NCBI GenBank assembly: GCA_963711765.1
Contig: CAVQFC010000004.1
Location: 835,138 to 899,137 of the forward strand
Direction: 5' to 3'
DNA length: 64,000 nucleotides
Origin: an uncultured Acidobacteriota bacterium
Lineage (GTDB): Bacteria > Acidobacteriota > Vicinamibacteria > Vicinamibacterales > CAVVIG01
Under the pieces are notes generated by a model. That model saw nothing but the letters and a program-made list of their open reading frames with translations, did no database searches and was not told where the DNA came from. Position numbers and translations under genes: made by a program. This document shows, piece after piece, positions 41,717-50,886 of this stretch; positions within the stretch are counted from its first letter, which is position 1, and each line of letters begins with the position of its first letter.

Positions 41717-43425
41717 GCTCAAAGACACGGATGTCGTGATCATCGGACTCGGCGCGGCCGGCGGCGTAGCGGCGCTGCCGCTGGCGCAGGCCGGCATCGA
41801 GGTGATTGGCCTCGAGGCGGGCAGCTGGCTCACCAAGCGCGATTTCGCGCCGGACGAACTCCGCAACAACTATCGCGGCTGGCCGCAGTCCGTGCAGAAG
41901 GCCAACCAGGAGATCCCGACGTCGCGTCCGACCGCGTCGTCGCCGACCGGCCCGCGCGGCGAACATTCACCCGATGCAGAACGGCGTCGGTGGGACCACG
42001 CTGCATTACTGGGCGCAGAGCTGGCGGCTGAATCCCTGGGACTTCAAGGTCGTGAGCGAGACGACACGCCGCTACGGCGCGTCGCGGCTCCCGAAGGGCA
42101 CCACCGTCGAAGACTGGCCGTTCGGCTACGACGAGCTCGAGCCGTACTACGACAAGATCGAATACGAGGTCGGCGTCTCCGGTCAGGCCGGCAACATCAA
42201 CGGCACCATCGATCCGCGCGGCAACAAGTTCGAGGCGCCGCGCAAACGCGGCTACCCGATGCCGCCGCTGCGCGGCACGTGCGTTCATCGAGAAAATGAC
42301 GGCGACGGCGAAGAACATCGGCTGGCATCCCTTCCCGGGCCCCGCGGCGATCAACTCGCGCCCATATCAGAACCGCTCGGCCTGCATGTATCACGGGTTC
42401 TGCAATCGCGGCGGGTGCCACGTCGACGCCAAGAATTCGACGATGGTGACGACGATTCCGCGGGCGCAGGAGACGGGACATTTCAAGGTGGTCACCCGCG
42501 CCCACGTCACCACCATCGAAGTGGACGGCAACGGCGCCGTGGCCGGCGTCAACTACCTGACCGACGGCGTCGAGTACTTTCAGCCGGCGAAGGTCGTACT
42601 GCTGGCGAGCTTCACCTACGAGAATTCCCGGCTCCTCCTGTTGTCGAAATCGCAAGGCCTATCCGGATGGCTTGTCGAACAATCACAAGCAGGTCGGACG
42701 TCACTATTTCAGCCACCATCAGGGCGCACCGGTCTCGGCGTTGTTCCCGTTCGATCTCGACAGCTGGTACGGCTTGCCGGCACAGGGCGTCGCCGTGGAC
42801 AACTGGGCCGACGACAACTTCGACCATTCATCGCTCGACTTCATCGGCGGCGGCAACCTGTGGGTGATGTCGGACCGCCGGCCGATTGCCGCGGCCGGCA
42901 TGAACACGTTCGGACGCGCGCCGGGATGGGGCGCTCAGTGGAAGGCGTTCATCAAGGAGAACGCCGACCGCTCGACACAGCTCGTACATCCAGAAGACGA
43001 CGCTGCCGTACGAGGACAACTTCCTCGACCTCGACCCGGTCGTGAAAGATCCGCTGGGTTACCCGGTGTGCCGGGTCACGGCCGAGTTCAAGGACAACGA
43101 GCGCAGGATTGCCGCGTTCACCCAGGACAAGATGGAGCAGTGGTACCGCGAGGCGGGAGCGATCGCGACGCAGCGTGCGCCGGTCGGCGGCGCCATGGGC
43201 GTCTCGACGCACGCCTACGGCGGCACGCGCATGGGCGACAACGCCGAGACCAACGTCGTCAATCGCTATGGGTTTTCTCACGAGGCGCCGAACCTCGGCA
43301 TCCTCGGCGGATCGGTGATGGGGACGAGCGGCGCGCACAACCCGACGCTCACCGTTCAGGCACTCGCCTGGCGTACGGCCGACCACCTGATCAAGAACTG
43401 GAACACGATCGCGCACAAGACCTAG
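41706..43425 (+). pseudogene. GMC family oxidoreductase (gluconate 2-dehydrogenase flavoprotein-like), four +1 frame breaks
   Basis: DVVIIGLGAAGG FAD motif. Segments lie in frames 0-1-2-0-1 (ORFs 41706.., 41806.., 42296.., 42672.., 43042..43425). Confidence 0.8.
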
Positions 43426-43451
43426 GCGCGATCCAACGAGCAGCAGACGGA

Positions 43452-43475
43452 GGGAACGGCCGCGCGGCCGTTCCC
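43452..43475. terminator. Perfect 10-bp GC hairpin between convergent transcription units
   Basis: gggaacggcc-gcgc-ggccgttccc. It lies 18 nt past the Lys-rich ORF stop and 26 nt past the GMC stop. There is no clear U-tract. Confidence 0.5.
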
Positions 43476-43493
43476 TGGGCTGCGCGGGCGGCT

Positions 43494-43601
43494 CTACCCG
43501 AAAACGTCGCCGACCGGCTTCTTCTTTTTCTTGGCGGCCTTCTTCTTCTTGACGACCTTCTTCGGTGCAGCCTTTTTCTTCGCAGCCTTCTTCTTTGCCA
43601 T
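43494..43601 (-). CDS. Unannotated 35-aa Lys/Ala-rich peptide (candidate product or substrate of the upstream operon)
   Basis: Own translation: MAKKKAAKKKAAPKKVVKKKKAAKKKKKPVGDVFG (17 Lys). AGGAGG lies 4 nt before the ATG. Codons are AAG-biased and GC3-rich. The ORF starts 20 nt downstream of the radical SAM stop and is followed by the hairpin. Confidence 0.5.
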   Translation of the reverse strand: MAKKKAAKKKAAPKKVVKKKKAAKKKKKPVGDVFG

Positions 43602-43621
43602 TCTGCCTCCTGGGTTGACGG

Positions 43622-45556
43622 TTAACGAGGGTGGAACGCCGATGTGATCCGCGAGCGATCCGCGCGATCGATTTCCGAGAACAGCGGCCTCAACAACGCC
43701 ATCGACGCGCGTGACGGCTGATACTCGCCGATCGCGACGGCCAGCGACAGGTACTTTGCGCCGTCGTTCAGCATCAGACCGCGATCGGCCATCGTCCTCA
43801 GGCGCGCCACGGTCGGCGCGTCGAACGGACTGGAGTCGGTGATCGAGTCGCAGGCGAGATAGAGCTCGCGATCGGCGCCGTCGAGCACCGACAGCGGCGC
43901 GACTGGACGAGGACGGGTGTCGAATACGAACAGCCGGTCATCAAGATCGACCGAGACCAGCTCGGCGTGCTTCCAGGTGGTCTTCCACGCGTGGACGCGC
44001 TTGACGAGCGGGTTTGCGTAGCGGGCGACATCCTGCGGGACCTTGTAGTCGTAGGAGAAATAGTAGGCGAGGTTGTGCCGCGCTGCTTCGGGCAGGTCGT
44101 AGAGGAATTCGTAAAATGGAACCGGACGCAGGCGAGTGAAGCCGAGCTGGCCGGCCTGGTTGAAGTTCGGACTGAACCGATCCAGGCGGATCACGCTGAC
44201 GCCGGATGGTCTCGGGAGATGGCAGACCCGGGTCGCGAGATCCGCCATCGCGAAATAATCGTCCGCCGACTCCTGCGGAAAGCCGATCAGGAAATTCCAG
44301 ATCGGATGGACGCCGATCTCCTTGCACCATTTGAGCAGCTGGATGTTCTGCAGCCCGGTGACGCCCTTCTTCATCTGCTTCAGCACCCGATCGCTGAAGC
44401 TTTCGATGCCCGGTTGAATGGTGAGTACGCCGGCATCGCGAAGCAGCCGGACCTGGTCTTTCTTGAGGTTCGCCTTGGTCTCGTAGAACAGCGAGACGTT
44501 CAGCTTGCGAGCGGCGAGTTCCGGCAGCAACGTCTTGAAGTATTTGAGGTCGAGGATGTTGTCGACGACCTGAATGTCGCAGCCGGGATGCGCGCCGGTC
44601 AGGTGCAGGAGTTCCGCCAGCGCACGGGGCGCCGACTTGCTGCGGTAGGTCATCGTCGCGCCGTTGAGGCCGCAGAACGTGCAGTGCATCCGCTCGCCCC
44701 ACCAGCACCCGCGCGAGGTCTCGACGAACACGCTTGCCTGCCAGTCACGGCTGAAGCGGCTCTGCTGAAACTGCGCGAAGAAGTCGGTGAAGTCCGGGTA
44801 CGGCAGCGCGTCGAGGTCCATGACGCCCTGAGCGGTCGGCGGTGGGAGCGTGGCTGCGGCCGCCTCGACTGTGTCTCGAGTCACCACGCCTTTGAGCGGG
44901 CCGGCGGGTTCGCCGGCCACGATCCGCGCGGCCAGCTCGGGAAACACCCGATCGGCCTCGCCGGAGACGATCGCGTCGACATACGGGAACTGCCGAACGG
45001 TCTCCACCCCCATCGTCGCTTCGCAGTTGGCGCCGCCCATGACCACATAGCAGTCCGGCAGCCGTTCTTTCACTCGTCTGGCAAGCGCGAGCGACGCCAG
45101 GTGCTGCTGGAACACACTCGTGAAGCCGACCACCCGCGGTTGCGACCCGGCGATCCGATCCGCGCAGGCGTCGACGAAGGCGGCGGCGGCGTCGCGCGCT
45201 TTCAGAATGGCGCGCAGTTCCCCGGGACCCGGCGGCCGGGTCGGGTTGCGACCCAGCCACGAGGGCGGTTTCAGGAGCACTTCGGAGACGTAGCGTTCGT
45301 CGTGCGAGGCGTCCCAATCGAACAGGGCGTGCGAGAAGATCCACTCGCCGACGAAGGCTCGCGACATCGCACGATGCTGGCTGGTGATCTTCGAATAGAG
45401 TTTTTCGCCGATCGTCTCGGCGAAGGGCAGCGTGAAATAGTCCTGGCGGCAGCTCATTCCACGCGCCGCGACCAGCGGCTGCAAGAGGCTGAGGCCGAGT
45501 GACGGCGAAAACAGCGGACCGAACGGCATCGAGACGAGCAGGACGTCGACGTTCAT
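43622..45556 (-). CDS. B12-binding-domain radical SAM enzyme resembling RiPP-maturation radical SAM C-methyltransferases (TIGR03975-like)
   Basis: 644-aa ORF with an N-terminal VLLVSMPFGPLFSPSLGLSLL Rossmann-like region and the unusual cluster motif ETSRGCWWGERMHCTFCGLNG (Cx7Cx2C). The C-terminal region looks like a peptide-binding winged helix. The family assignment is from memory, not from a search. Confidence 0.75.
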   Translation of the reverse strand: MNVDVLLVSMPFGPLFSPSLGLSLLQPLVAARGMSCRQDYFTLPFAETIGEKLYSKITSQHRAMSRAFVGEWIFSHALFDWDASHDERYVSEVLLKPPSWLGRNPTRPPGPGELRAILKARDAAAAFVDACADRIAGSQPRVVGFTSVFQQHLASLALARRVKERLPDCYVVMGGANCEATMGVETVRQFPYVDAIVSGEADRVFPELAARIVAGEPAGPLKGVVTRDTVEAAAATLPPPTAQGVMDLDALPYPDFTDFFAQFQQSRFSRDWQASVFVETSRGCWWGERMHCTFCGLNGATMTYRSKSAPRALAELLHLTGAHPGCDIQVVDNILDLKYFKTLLPELAARKLNVSLFYETKANLKKDQVRLLRDAGVLTIQPGIESFSDRVLKQMKKGVTGLQNIQLLKWCKEIGVHPIWNFLIGFPQESADDYFAMADLATRVCHLPRPSGVSVIRLDRFSPNFNQAGQLGFTRLRPVPFYEFLYDLPEAARHNLAYYFSYDYKVPQDVARYANPLVKRVHAWKTTWKHAELVSVDLDDRLFVFDTRPRPVAPLSVLDGADRELYLACDSITDSSPFDAPTVARLRTMADRGLMLNDGAKYLSLAVAIGEYQPSRASMALLRPLFSEIDRADRSRITSAFHPR

Positions 45557-48540
45557 GGGTGAGCGGACGGCGGGCCGGGCGACGAGGCGTTCGAGGACGC
45601 CGATGGCGCGGGCAGTGCGGCGGCCTCATGGAGCGCAGTCTGCATCAGCGGTTGTCCGGGGTCTGCGTCGCGCCACGCGGCGGCGAAGTCGGCATACTGC
45701 TGCCGCGCCTCGGTGACGGCGCCGACGCCGACCAGCGCGCGGGCCAGCGGCACTCGCGCAATCACGTGAAGAAGACTTGTCGGATCCTGACCGTGCCGGG
45801 ACACCACGTCGCGCAGCGCCGTGACCGCGGCCTGATTGTCCCCGGCCGACTCGGCTGCCAATCCCCGCAGATAGGGCAGCCATGAGCCGTTGTTGTGCTC
45901 GAACGGGCCGGCGTTGCTGAGGATATCGAGCGCCTTTCGCCCGTCGTTGCCCGCGAGCGCCAGCGCGGCGCGCAGGGCTGGTGAGGCGGCGCGGGACACG
46001 TCTGGTGACGGTGGACTCTGCCGGTCGAAGGCGTCGGCGAGCTCGGACGCTCGAGCGGTGCGTCCCGAGAACGCCGCCGCCAGCGAAGCCGTCCATGTCG
46101 TCTCCACACCGTTGCCGATGCCGACCGCCTGCTGCAGTTCGGCCTGCGCGCGGGTCGTGTCGCCGAGCAGCGCATCGAAAAGCGCCTCTTCCGCGACCAG
46201 ACTGCCGGCGACATCGGAGGCGCCGGCCGCACGCGCCGCGACGACCGCTTCCGTATACAACGTGTGGCCGTCGGTGATCCGTCCGGTGGCCATCGCCGCC
46301 CGCGCCGCCTCGGTCGTCACGAGATAGCCATCGGCGCGCGCGCGCGTCGCCTGCAGATGTTCCTGCATGCCGCCCGCGTCGTTGGCCACGAACGCGAGAT
46401 CGTAGCCAAACTGGTGAAGGACCGACGAGTCGAGGCCGTTCGCGGCCGCCTCCGCGAGCACGCCGCTGACGTCGGGCAGCCGATCGAGCGCCATCAGGCT
46501 GCGCGCGTACTGCTGGTAGCCGAGCACCGAATTCGATCCGAGCCGTACCGCGATCTTTCCCTCGCGCGCTGCGTCCTCGAACCGGTTCAACTTGGCATAG
46601 GCGGCGGAGACGTTGTTGTGCGGCACCCAGTCGTCGGGATAGGTGTCGATCCAGGTCTGATACGTCGCCACCACTTCGTCCAGGCGGCCGGTGACGGTGA
46701 AGTGATACTGCGAGCGGATGAAGAGGCGCTCGGGCGCGCTCAGCGAGTCGCTGCGCGCATAGGCGCGCTTGATGTAGGTCTGCGCCTGAACCAGGTCACG
46801 GAGGTTCGTGTAGATTGCTGCCAGGCGGGCCGAGGCCAGCGCGAAGTTCGGGTCCTGCTCGAGGGCGCGTTCGAAGAACGGAATCGATTGCGCGTCGCCG
46901 TTCTTGAAGCGCGTGTCCAGGCCGCGGCTGTAGGACTGCAGCGCTTCGAGCGACGCCGTCGTTGCATTCTGCGCCGGCACGTTGAACCGTTCGATCGAGC
47001 CGATCGACTCGCCGAGCTTCTCGCGGATGCTGGCCGAGGCGGCGCTCACGCTGGCCAGCACGTTGGTCTTCGCGGCAGCCTGGATCTGCTCGGTGGCGAG
47101 GGTGTCGCCGGTGCGGCAGGCGCGCGCCTCGAGCGTAATCACGTAGGCTGGCGCCAGCGGCGCAATCGAGCCGAGCACGATCGCCTTCACCCCGAGCCGC
47201 TCGCACAACTCGAGGGCCACCGCCTCGGTCACCGACTGGTCCGGCGACCGCGCCATCAGTTGCAGCGTCGATCGCACCTGCGAGCGGGGCACCACGCTGA
47301 CATAAGGCGACTGCTGGAGCTGGATCTCGAGCGCATCTTTCAGCGCGCCGTCGAACACCGTCTCGCCGGTGGTGTTGTCGAACTCGGTCAGCAGCAGTGG
47401 TTCGCGTGCGACGGTCAGGTTCGGCCGGCCGCGGTACCAGGTGAACACGCCGTAACCTCCCAGCGCCAGCAGCATCAGCACGACCGCGAACGCCGCCGCT
47501 TCGCGCACGTTGCCCGCCGACAGCGCCCGGGTCAGGCCGGACGATCCATCCCGCGACCCGCGCTGCGAGCGCTTCGTGACGATGCTCGAAGGGGCGCGTG
47601 GAACAGCGGGTCCGCCGGTATCGCTGCCGAGCGCCGCGGCGTATTCACGTCCGGCGATCGACCCGCTCTGGACCGCCCGCAGCTGCCCCGCGACCTCCGC
47701 CGCCGTGGCCGGACGGCGGTCGCGGTCTTTGTCGAGCAGGCGCGTCAGCAGTCGGCGCAGATCCTTCGGGACGTTCGAGACGTCGGCCGCCTCCAGTCCG
47801 CTCGGCGTCGCGTGAAGGATCGCATCGACAATGGCAGTCGTGGAGCGTCCTTCGAACGCCCGCCGTCCGGTCAGCATCTCGTAGAGCACGAGTCCGAGCG
47901 AAAACAGGTCCGTACGCTGGTCGAGCGGATCGCCCAGCGCCTGTTCCGGCGACATGTAGAGCACCGTTCCGACCGCGGTGCCCGGGTTGGTCAGCACCGT
48001 GGGATGGCGCTCGTCGGCCATACCCGCCGGTTGACTGGCATCGACCGCAGCGTTCATGGCGGCGAGGCCGAAGTCGAGGAGCTTCGCATCGCCGCGAGCC
48101 GTGACGAAGATGTTCGCCGGTTTCAGATCGCGGTGAATGATGCCGGCGTTGTGCGCGGCGTCGAGCGCGTCGGAGATTTGCACGCCAAGCCCGATCGTCG
48201 TGGACACCGACAACGGGCCCGAGCCCAGCACCTCGAACAGCGTCATGCCGCGCAGCAGTTCCATCACCAGGTAAGGACGGTTCTCGGCTTCGGGCGCCTG
48301 GCCGACGTCGTAAATGGTGCAGATGTGTGGATGATTGAGCGCGGACGCGGCGCGCGCTTCACGCTCGAAGCGCAGCAGGTGTTCCTCGGATTTGGCCAGC
48401 GCGGCCGACAGCAGCTTCAACGCGACGTCGCGCCGCAGCTTCAGGTCATGCGCCTGGTAAACCTCGCCCATGCTGCCCGCGCCGAGCGGCGCGAGAATCT
48501 CGAATCGTCCGACGATTTGAACGCCCGCGGTCAGTGGCAC
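45553..48540 (-). CDS. Ser/Thr protein kinase with TM helix and large periplasmic/TPR-like sensor region
   Basis: 995-aa ORF with intact GAGSMGEV, ALKLL, HRDLKPANIF, DFGLA and YMSPEQ motifs. Its stop overlaps the radical SAM start (ATGA at 45553-45556). Confidence 0.85.
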   Translation of the reverse strand: MPLTAGVQIVGRFEILAPLGAGSMGEVYQAHDLKLRRDVALKLLSAALAKSEEHLLRFEREARAASALNHPHICTIYDVGQAPEAENRPYLVMELLRGMTLFEVLGSGPLSVSTTIGLGVQISDALDAAHNAGIIHRDLKPANIFVTARGDAKLLDFGLAAMNAAVDASQPAGMADERHPTVLTNPGTAVGTVLYMSPEQALGDPLDQRTDLFSLGLVLYEMLTGRRAFEGRSTTAIVDAILHATPSGLEAADVSNVPKDLRRLLTRLLDKDRDRRPATAAEVAGQLRAVQSGSIAGREYAAALGSDTGGPAVPRAPSSIVTKRSQRGSRDGSSGLTRALSAGNVREAAAFAVVLMLLALGGYGVFTWYRGRPNLTVAREPLLLTEFDNTTGETVFDGALKDALEIQLQQSPYVSVVPRSQVRSTLQLMARSPDQSVTEAVALELCERLGVKAIVLGSIAPLAPAYVITLEARACRTGDTLATEQIQAAAKTNVLASVSAASASIREKLGESIGSIERFNVPAQNATTASLEALQSYSRGLDTRFKNGDAQSIPFFERALEQDPNFALASARLAAIYTNLRDLVQAQTYIKRAYARSDSLSAPERLFIRSQYHFTVTGRLDEVVATYQTWIDTYPDDWVPHNNVSAAYAKLNRFEDAAREGKIAVRLGSNSVLGYQQYARSLMALDRLPDVSGVLAEAAANGLDSSVLHQFGYDLAFVANDAGGMQEHLQATRARADGYLVTTEAARAAMATGRITDGHTLYTEAVVAARAAGASDVAGSLVAEEALFDALLGDTTRAQAELQQAVGIGNGVETTWTASLAAAFSGRTARASELADAFDRQSPPSPDVSRAASPALRAALALAGNDGRKALDILSNAGPFEHNNGSWLPYLRGLAAESAGDNQAAVTALRDVVSRHGQDPTSLLHVIARVPLARALVGVGAVTEARQQYADFAAAWRDADPGQPLMQTALHEAAALPAPSASSNASSPGPPSAHP

Positions 48541-48906
48541 GACAGCTACGACGCCTGCCGCGCAGGCCCGAGGTCCGGCGCGGCGAACTGCGACACCGCG
48601 ATGTGATCGTGCGCGATCATCGAGCCGAACGGCTCAGGAGTTTCCATGCGTCGTGTCGTTGGCCATTGGCCACACACCGAAGGACACCGGCGGACACGGC
48701 CAGCCGTGAAGGAATACGGGTGCAGCGCCTGTGGGAATGCGGAGAATTCTATCCCATTTTACTGAGCAAAACCGTCGCGCTTTGCGCCGTTTACCGTCGC
48801 TGTGAACACTGTTGTCGGTGCCTCAGAGTCACCTCATGTCTGTCGAAATGCACAGTCGAGGTAGCCTCGGCATTGTTTTCGCTAGACTGTTCGTCAGGAG
48901 AATCGA

Positions 48907-49380
48907 ATGCCTGATGTGACTGTTACGCGCCAGCAACTGATCGACCGACTCAACGAGGACTTGTCGCGGGAGTATCAAGCCATCATCGCGTACGTCGTGT
49001 ACTCGCAGGTCCTCAAAGGGGCGGAGTACATGAACATCGCCAAGGAACTCGAGAAGCACGCGGGCGAGGAGTTGAGCCACGCGCTGACGATTTCCAAACA
49101 CATCGACTATCTCGGCGGAATGCCGACCGTCACGGCGCAGCCAGTGAAGCAATCGAAGAAGGCCGAGGCGATGCTGCGCGCCGATCTCGAAAACGAGAAC
49201 AACACCATTCGCGCCTACCGCGAGCGGGTGCGTCAGTGCGAGGCGCTGGGCGAGTACGCGATCGCGGAAGACATTCGAGAGATTCTTCGTCAGGAGCAGG
49301 AACATCAGACTGATCTGGCGACCGCGCTCGGTGAAGACGCGCCGAATCTCTCCACCACGACCAAGAGCCGAACGAAGTAG
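48907..49380 (+). CDS. Ferritin-like / bacterioferritin family protein
   Basis: 157-aa ORF with di-iron ligand contexts (EYQAIIAY, EELSHA, ENENNTIRAY, EQEHQ). GGAG lies upstream of the ATG. Confidence 0.7.
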   Translation: MPDVTVTRQQLIDRLNEDLSREYQAIIAYVVYSQVLKGAEYMNIAKELEKHAGEELSHALTISKHIDYLGGMPTVTAQPVKQSKKAEAMLRADLENENNTIRAYRERVRQCEALGEYAIAEDIREILRQEQEHQTDLATALGEDAPNLSTTTKSRTK

Positions 49381-49497
49381 TTGGCGCTTTCTTTGCAAAC
49401 TTGACAGGCATGGTGTTTTCGCTGGCGTGAATTCACGATGCCCGCAGAAGTCCGATGCGTCGCGGAGTTGGCGCATCTCAGCTCTGCATCGTCAGGG

Positions 49498-49767
49498 ATG
49501 TTTATGTCCGACAAGAATCCGAACCGCCGCCGTGTAGGACGGCCGCCCGCTGGCGCGAAGCACGGAGAACGGGTCAAGGACTATCCGCAATTGAGCATCC
49601 GTGTGCCGGCCGAGTTCAAAGCGCGGTTGAACGCGCTGAGCGCCGTCACCGGCATGTCTCAGTGGCGTGTCGTCGTCCAGGCGATCAACTGCTTTTTCGA
49701 GGACCTTCCCGTCACAGACAAGGAGCTCGTCGACGGCCTCAGTCAGAGGCTGCTGCAGGCCGGCTGA
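49498..49767 (+). CDS. Ribbon-helix-helix (CopG/Arc-like) DNA-binding protein
   Basis: Basic N-terminus, then QLSIRVPAEFKARLNALSAVTGMSQWRVVVQAI (beta-strand plus two helices). The start is at 49498 or 49504. Confidence 0.5.
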   Translation: MFMSDKNPNRRRVGRPPAGAKHGERVKDYPQLSIRVPAEFKARLNALSAVTGMSQWRVVVQAINCFFEDLPVTDKELVDGLSQRLLQAG

Positions 49768-49862
49768 GCCTGCAGCAGGTCGGCGGTTCGACCGAAACAT
49801 CACTGGCAACATTTGTCAGCTAAACGTCCACTGACGTAAAACGTCAGCTTTGGCCGGGATCA

Positions 49863-50486
49863 GTGATGTGTAAGTCGTTGAAAACAAAGAGCGTGGTTGG
49901 CGGAGAGAGTCGGCACGAGCTCTGCAGTCGTGGTGCAGAAGTGCAGACACTGCCCTTGCGGAAAACGGACGGCGGCTTTGCGTTGTTGGATGTGATGTTC
50001 GTGTGCGGGCTAATTGGCATCCTCAGCGGAATTGCTATTCCGAAGCTCCTGCTGGCCAAGCAGGCCGCTGGCGCGGCGTCGGCCATCGGTTCGATGCGCG
50101 CCATCAACAGCGCCGAGCTCACCTACGCGCTCACCTGCGGCAACGGCTTCTACGCGCCAAGCCTGCCGTCGCTCGGGCAGACGCCGCCCGGATCGAACGA
50201 ACCATTTCTCTCGCCGGATCTGACGAGCGGCAATTCGGTCGTCAAGTCGGGCTATGTAGTGCAGCTCGCGGCCGAACCGTTTGGCGGCTCGCCCGCCTCA
50301 TGCAACGGCGTCGGAGCCGGTGAAGGCGGACAGGGATTCCGCGCCGCGGCCGACCCGACTGAACTCACGAACCTGCGCTACTTCGGGATCAATTCATACG
50401 GGCTGATCTACGAGGACGTCACCACTATGTTTCCGGTGATGCCCGAACTCGGAGAACCCGCCGCCGGCCATCCACTGCTGCGCTGA
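49863..50486 (+). CDS. Prepilin-type N-terminal cleavage/methylation domain protein (pilin/pseudopilin-like)
   Basis: RKTDGG|FALLDVMFVCGLIGILSGIAIPKL, then SMRAINSAELTYA. The start is uncertain: GTG at 49941 would give a typical 12-aa leader. Confidence 0.7.
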   Translation: MMCKSLKTKSVVGGESRHELCSRGAEVQTLPLRKTDGGFALLDVMFVCGLIGILSGIAIPKLLLAKQAAGAASAIGSMRAINSAELTYALTCGNGFYAPSLPSLGQTPPGSNEPFLSPDLTSGNSVVKSGYVVQLAAEPFGGSPASCNGVGAGEGGQGFRAAADPTELTNLRYFGINSYGLIYEDVTTMFPVMPELGEPAAGHPLLR

Positions 50487-50505
50487 TTCGGCTATAATCC
50501 GCCCC

Positions 50506-50847
50506 ATGTGGACGAAGATGATGTCGGGGCCGCGCAAGAAGGCTCCGAAGACGATCGCGGTCATCGATCCCGATAGCTGCTTCGGTGCGTTTGCGTGTTC
50601 CATCTGCCAGGCTGCCTGCCCGGTCGCCGGCTGCATCGTCGAAGAGCCGGACCGAGACGGCCGGATGGTCTGCGCCGTGCGCGCCGACCTCTGCATCGGC
50701 TGCGGCCTCTGCGTCACGCTCGGAAATCCCACCGCGCCCCAACAGCGCGAGTTCGGCTGCCCGGCCGACTACGACGCCATCAACATGATGCCGTGGGAAG
50801 AGGTCGTCAAGATTCTCACAAGTGAGAACTCGGAAGTCACAACTTAG
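50506..50847 (+). CDS. 4Fe-4S dicluster domain protein
   Basis: 113-aa ORF with CFGAFACSICQAACP and CIGCGLCV...GCP cysteine patterns. Confidence 0.7.
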   Translation: MWTKMMSGPRKKAPKTIAVIDPDSCFGAFACSICQAACPVAGCIVEEPDRDGRMVCAVRADLCIGCGLCVTLGNPTAPQQREFGCPADYDAINMMPWEEVVKILTSENSEVTT

Positions 50848-50886
50848 AAGTGTGAAGTTCGAACTTCACACTTCACCCTTCTCACT
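50821..50886. terminator. Heptad-word hairpin with a 28-bp perfect palindrome, between convergent genes
   Basis: gaagtgtgaagt-tcga-acttcacacttc (50847-50874) is flanked by agtgagaa (50821-50828) and ttctcact (50879-50886). It overlaps both stop codons (50845-47 and 50882-84). Confidence 0.6.

Noticed and set aside
48650-48906. The lower-GC 250-nt leader between the kinase operon and the ferritin-like gene as a riboswitch, sRNA or Fur box.
   Set aside because: I could not recognise any known riboswitch core or a convincing Fur/PerR box by eye. Only a weak -10-like TAGACT is present.
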